Shown in pieces: positions 63,364 to 64,000 of a stretch of DNA of 64,000 bases. Position 1 is the stretch's first letter; each line of letters starts with the position of its first letter. The DNA lies in NCBI GenBank assembly GCA_964016885.1, contig OZ024740.1, forward strand, positions 202,554,001 through 202,618,000, in the 5' to 3' direction. The stretch comes from Eledone cirrhosa. Its lineage: Eukaryota. The notes under the pieces are model-generated. The model had not been told where the DNA came from and did no database searches. It was given only the letters and a program-made list of their open reading frames with translations. The position numbers were made by a program, and so were the translations under genes.

Positions 63364-64000
63364 TTAACAAGGAAAAAGGCTTGAAAATGCTTGCGTATGT
63401 TGTTATTGTTTAGTCTGGTGGGGGAAAGGAGGAAGGCAACCTTAAACTGGAGACCTGGTGTGAATGTTTTCAACATAGTGGGCTCTGCTAAAGATATCCA
63501 TGGGCCAGAGGGTTGTATGAAATTGGGCAATACATGGTCTTCCACCAAAGTAGACCTCAGTGAGATTTGAACTCAGAACACAATGAGTTTGAACAAATAC
63601 TACCATAAGATATCTTGTCTGATGTTCTACTAATTCACCACATTGGACTAGTACTTATTTTACCAACTGCAGTAAAATCAAAGATAAACTTAACCATGGC
63701 AGTATCTGAACTTGAAACACAGAGAATCAGAACAGCCCCAGAAGGTATTTCATCCTACACTCTAACACTCTACCACTTCACCATAGTTGTTTGTTTTTAA
63801 ATATTTTGTCAAGTGGTTTATTTGGAATTCATTATAATACAGTCATATATGTCTGAAGGAATAAAACAAATACTTTGTTTTATGTATAAAGTACTCCATC
63901 CATTTTCCAGTTATTGCTGTGTTTTTATGTTTTTTTTTTCTTTTCATGCTGATGTTAATACTTAACTCTCAACATCCTGTACCACATGAACCCGCACTAG

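Overview
AT-rich eukaryotic non-coding DNA. The repeat content (tRNA-derived CORE- and Meta-type SINEs, RTE LINEs with (GAT)n tails, dense TA/CA/CAT microsatellites) suggests an octopod cephalopod intron or intergenic region; this is inference, not a database result. No host protein-coding gene, rRNA, genuine tRNA or CRISPR array is supportable, and almost all long ORFs in the track are read-throughs of tandem repeats. The only real coding sequence is retrotransposon-derived: an RTE-clade LINE family whose reverse transcriptase carries a C4HC3 PHD-type zinc finger inserted inside the RT domain, other RTE and Rex3-like fragments, and two CRE-like fragments. Notable structures are: a 3.6 kb head-to-head palindrome of two different RTE copies with a duplicated junction; a SINE/LINE pair sharing a 3' tail; minisatellites born inside transposons (48 bp from the LINE/SINE tail module with a 480 bp higher-order repeat, 37 bp inside a SINE, 27 bp in frame inside a LINE ORF); a palindrome with a degenerate minimal hammerhead ribozyme core; a probable ~740 bp inversion that split a SINE; and a local duplication showing filled and empty SINE sites. 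All coordinates were read by eye and may be off by a few bases.
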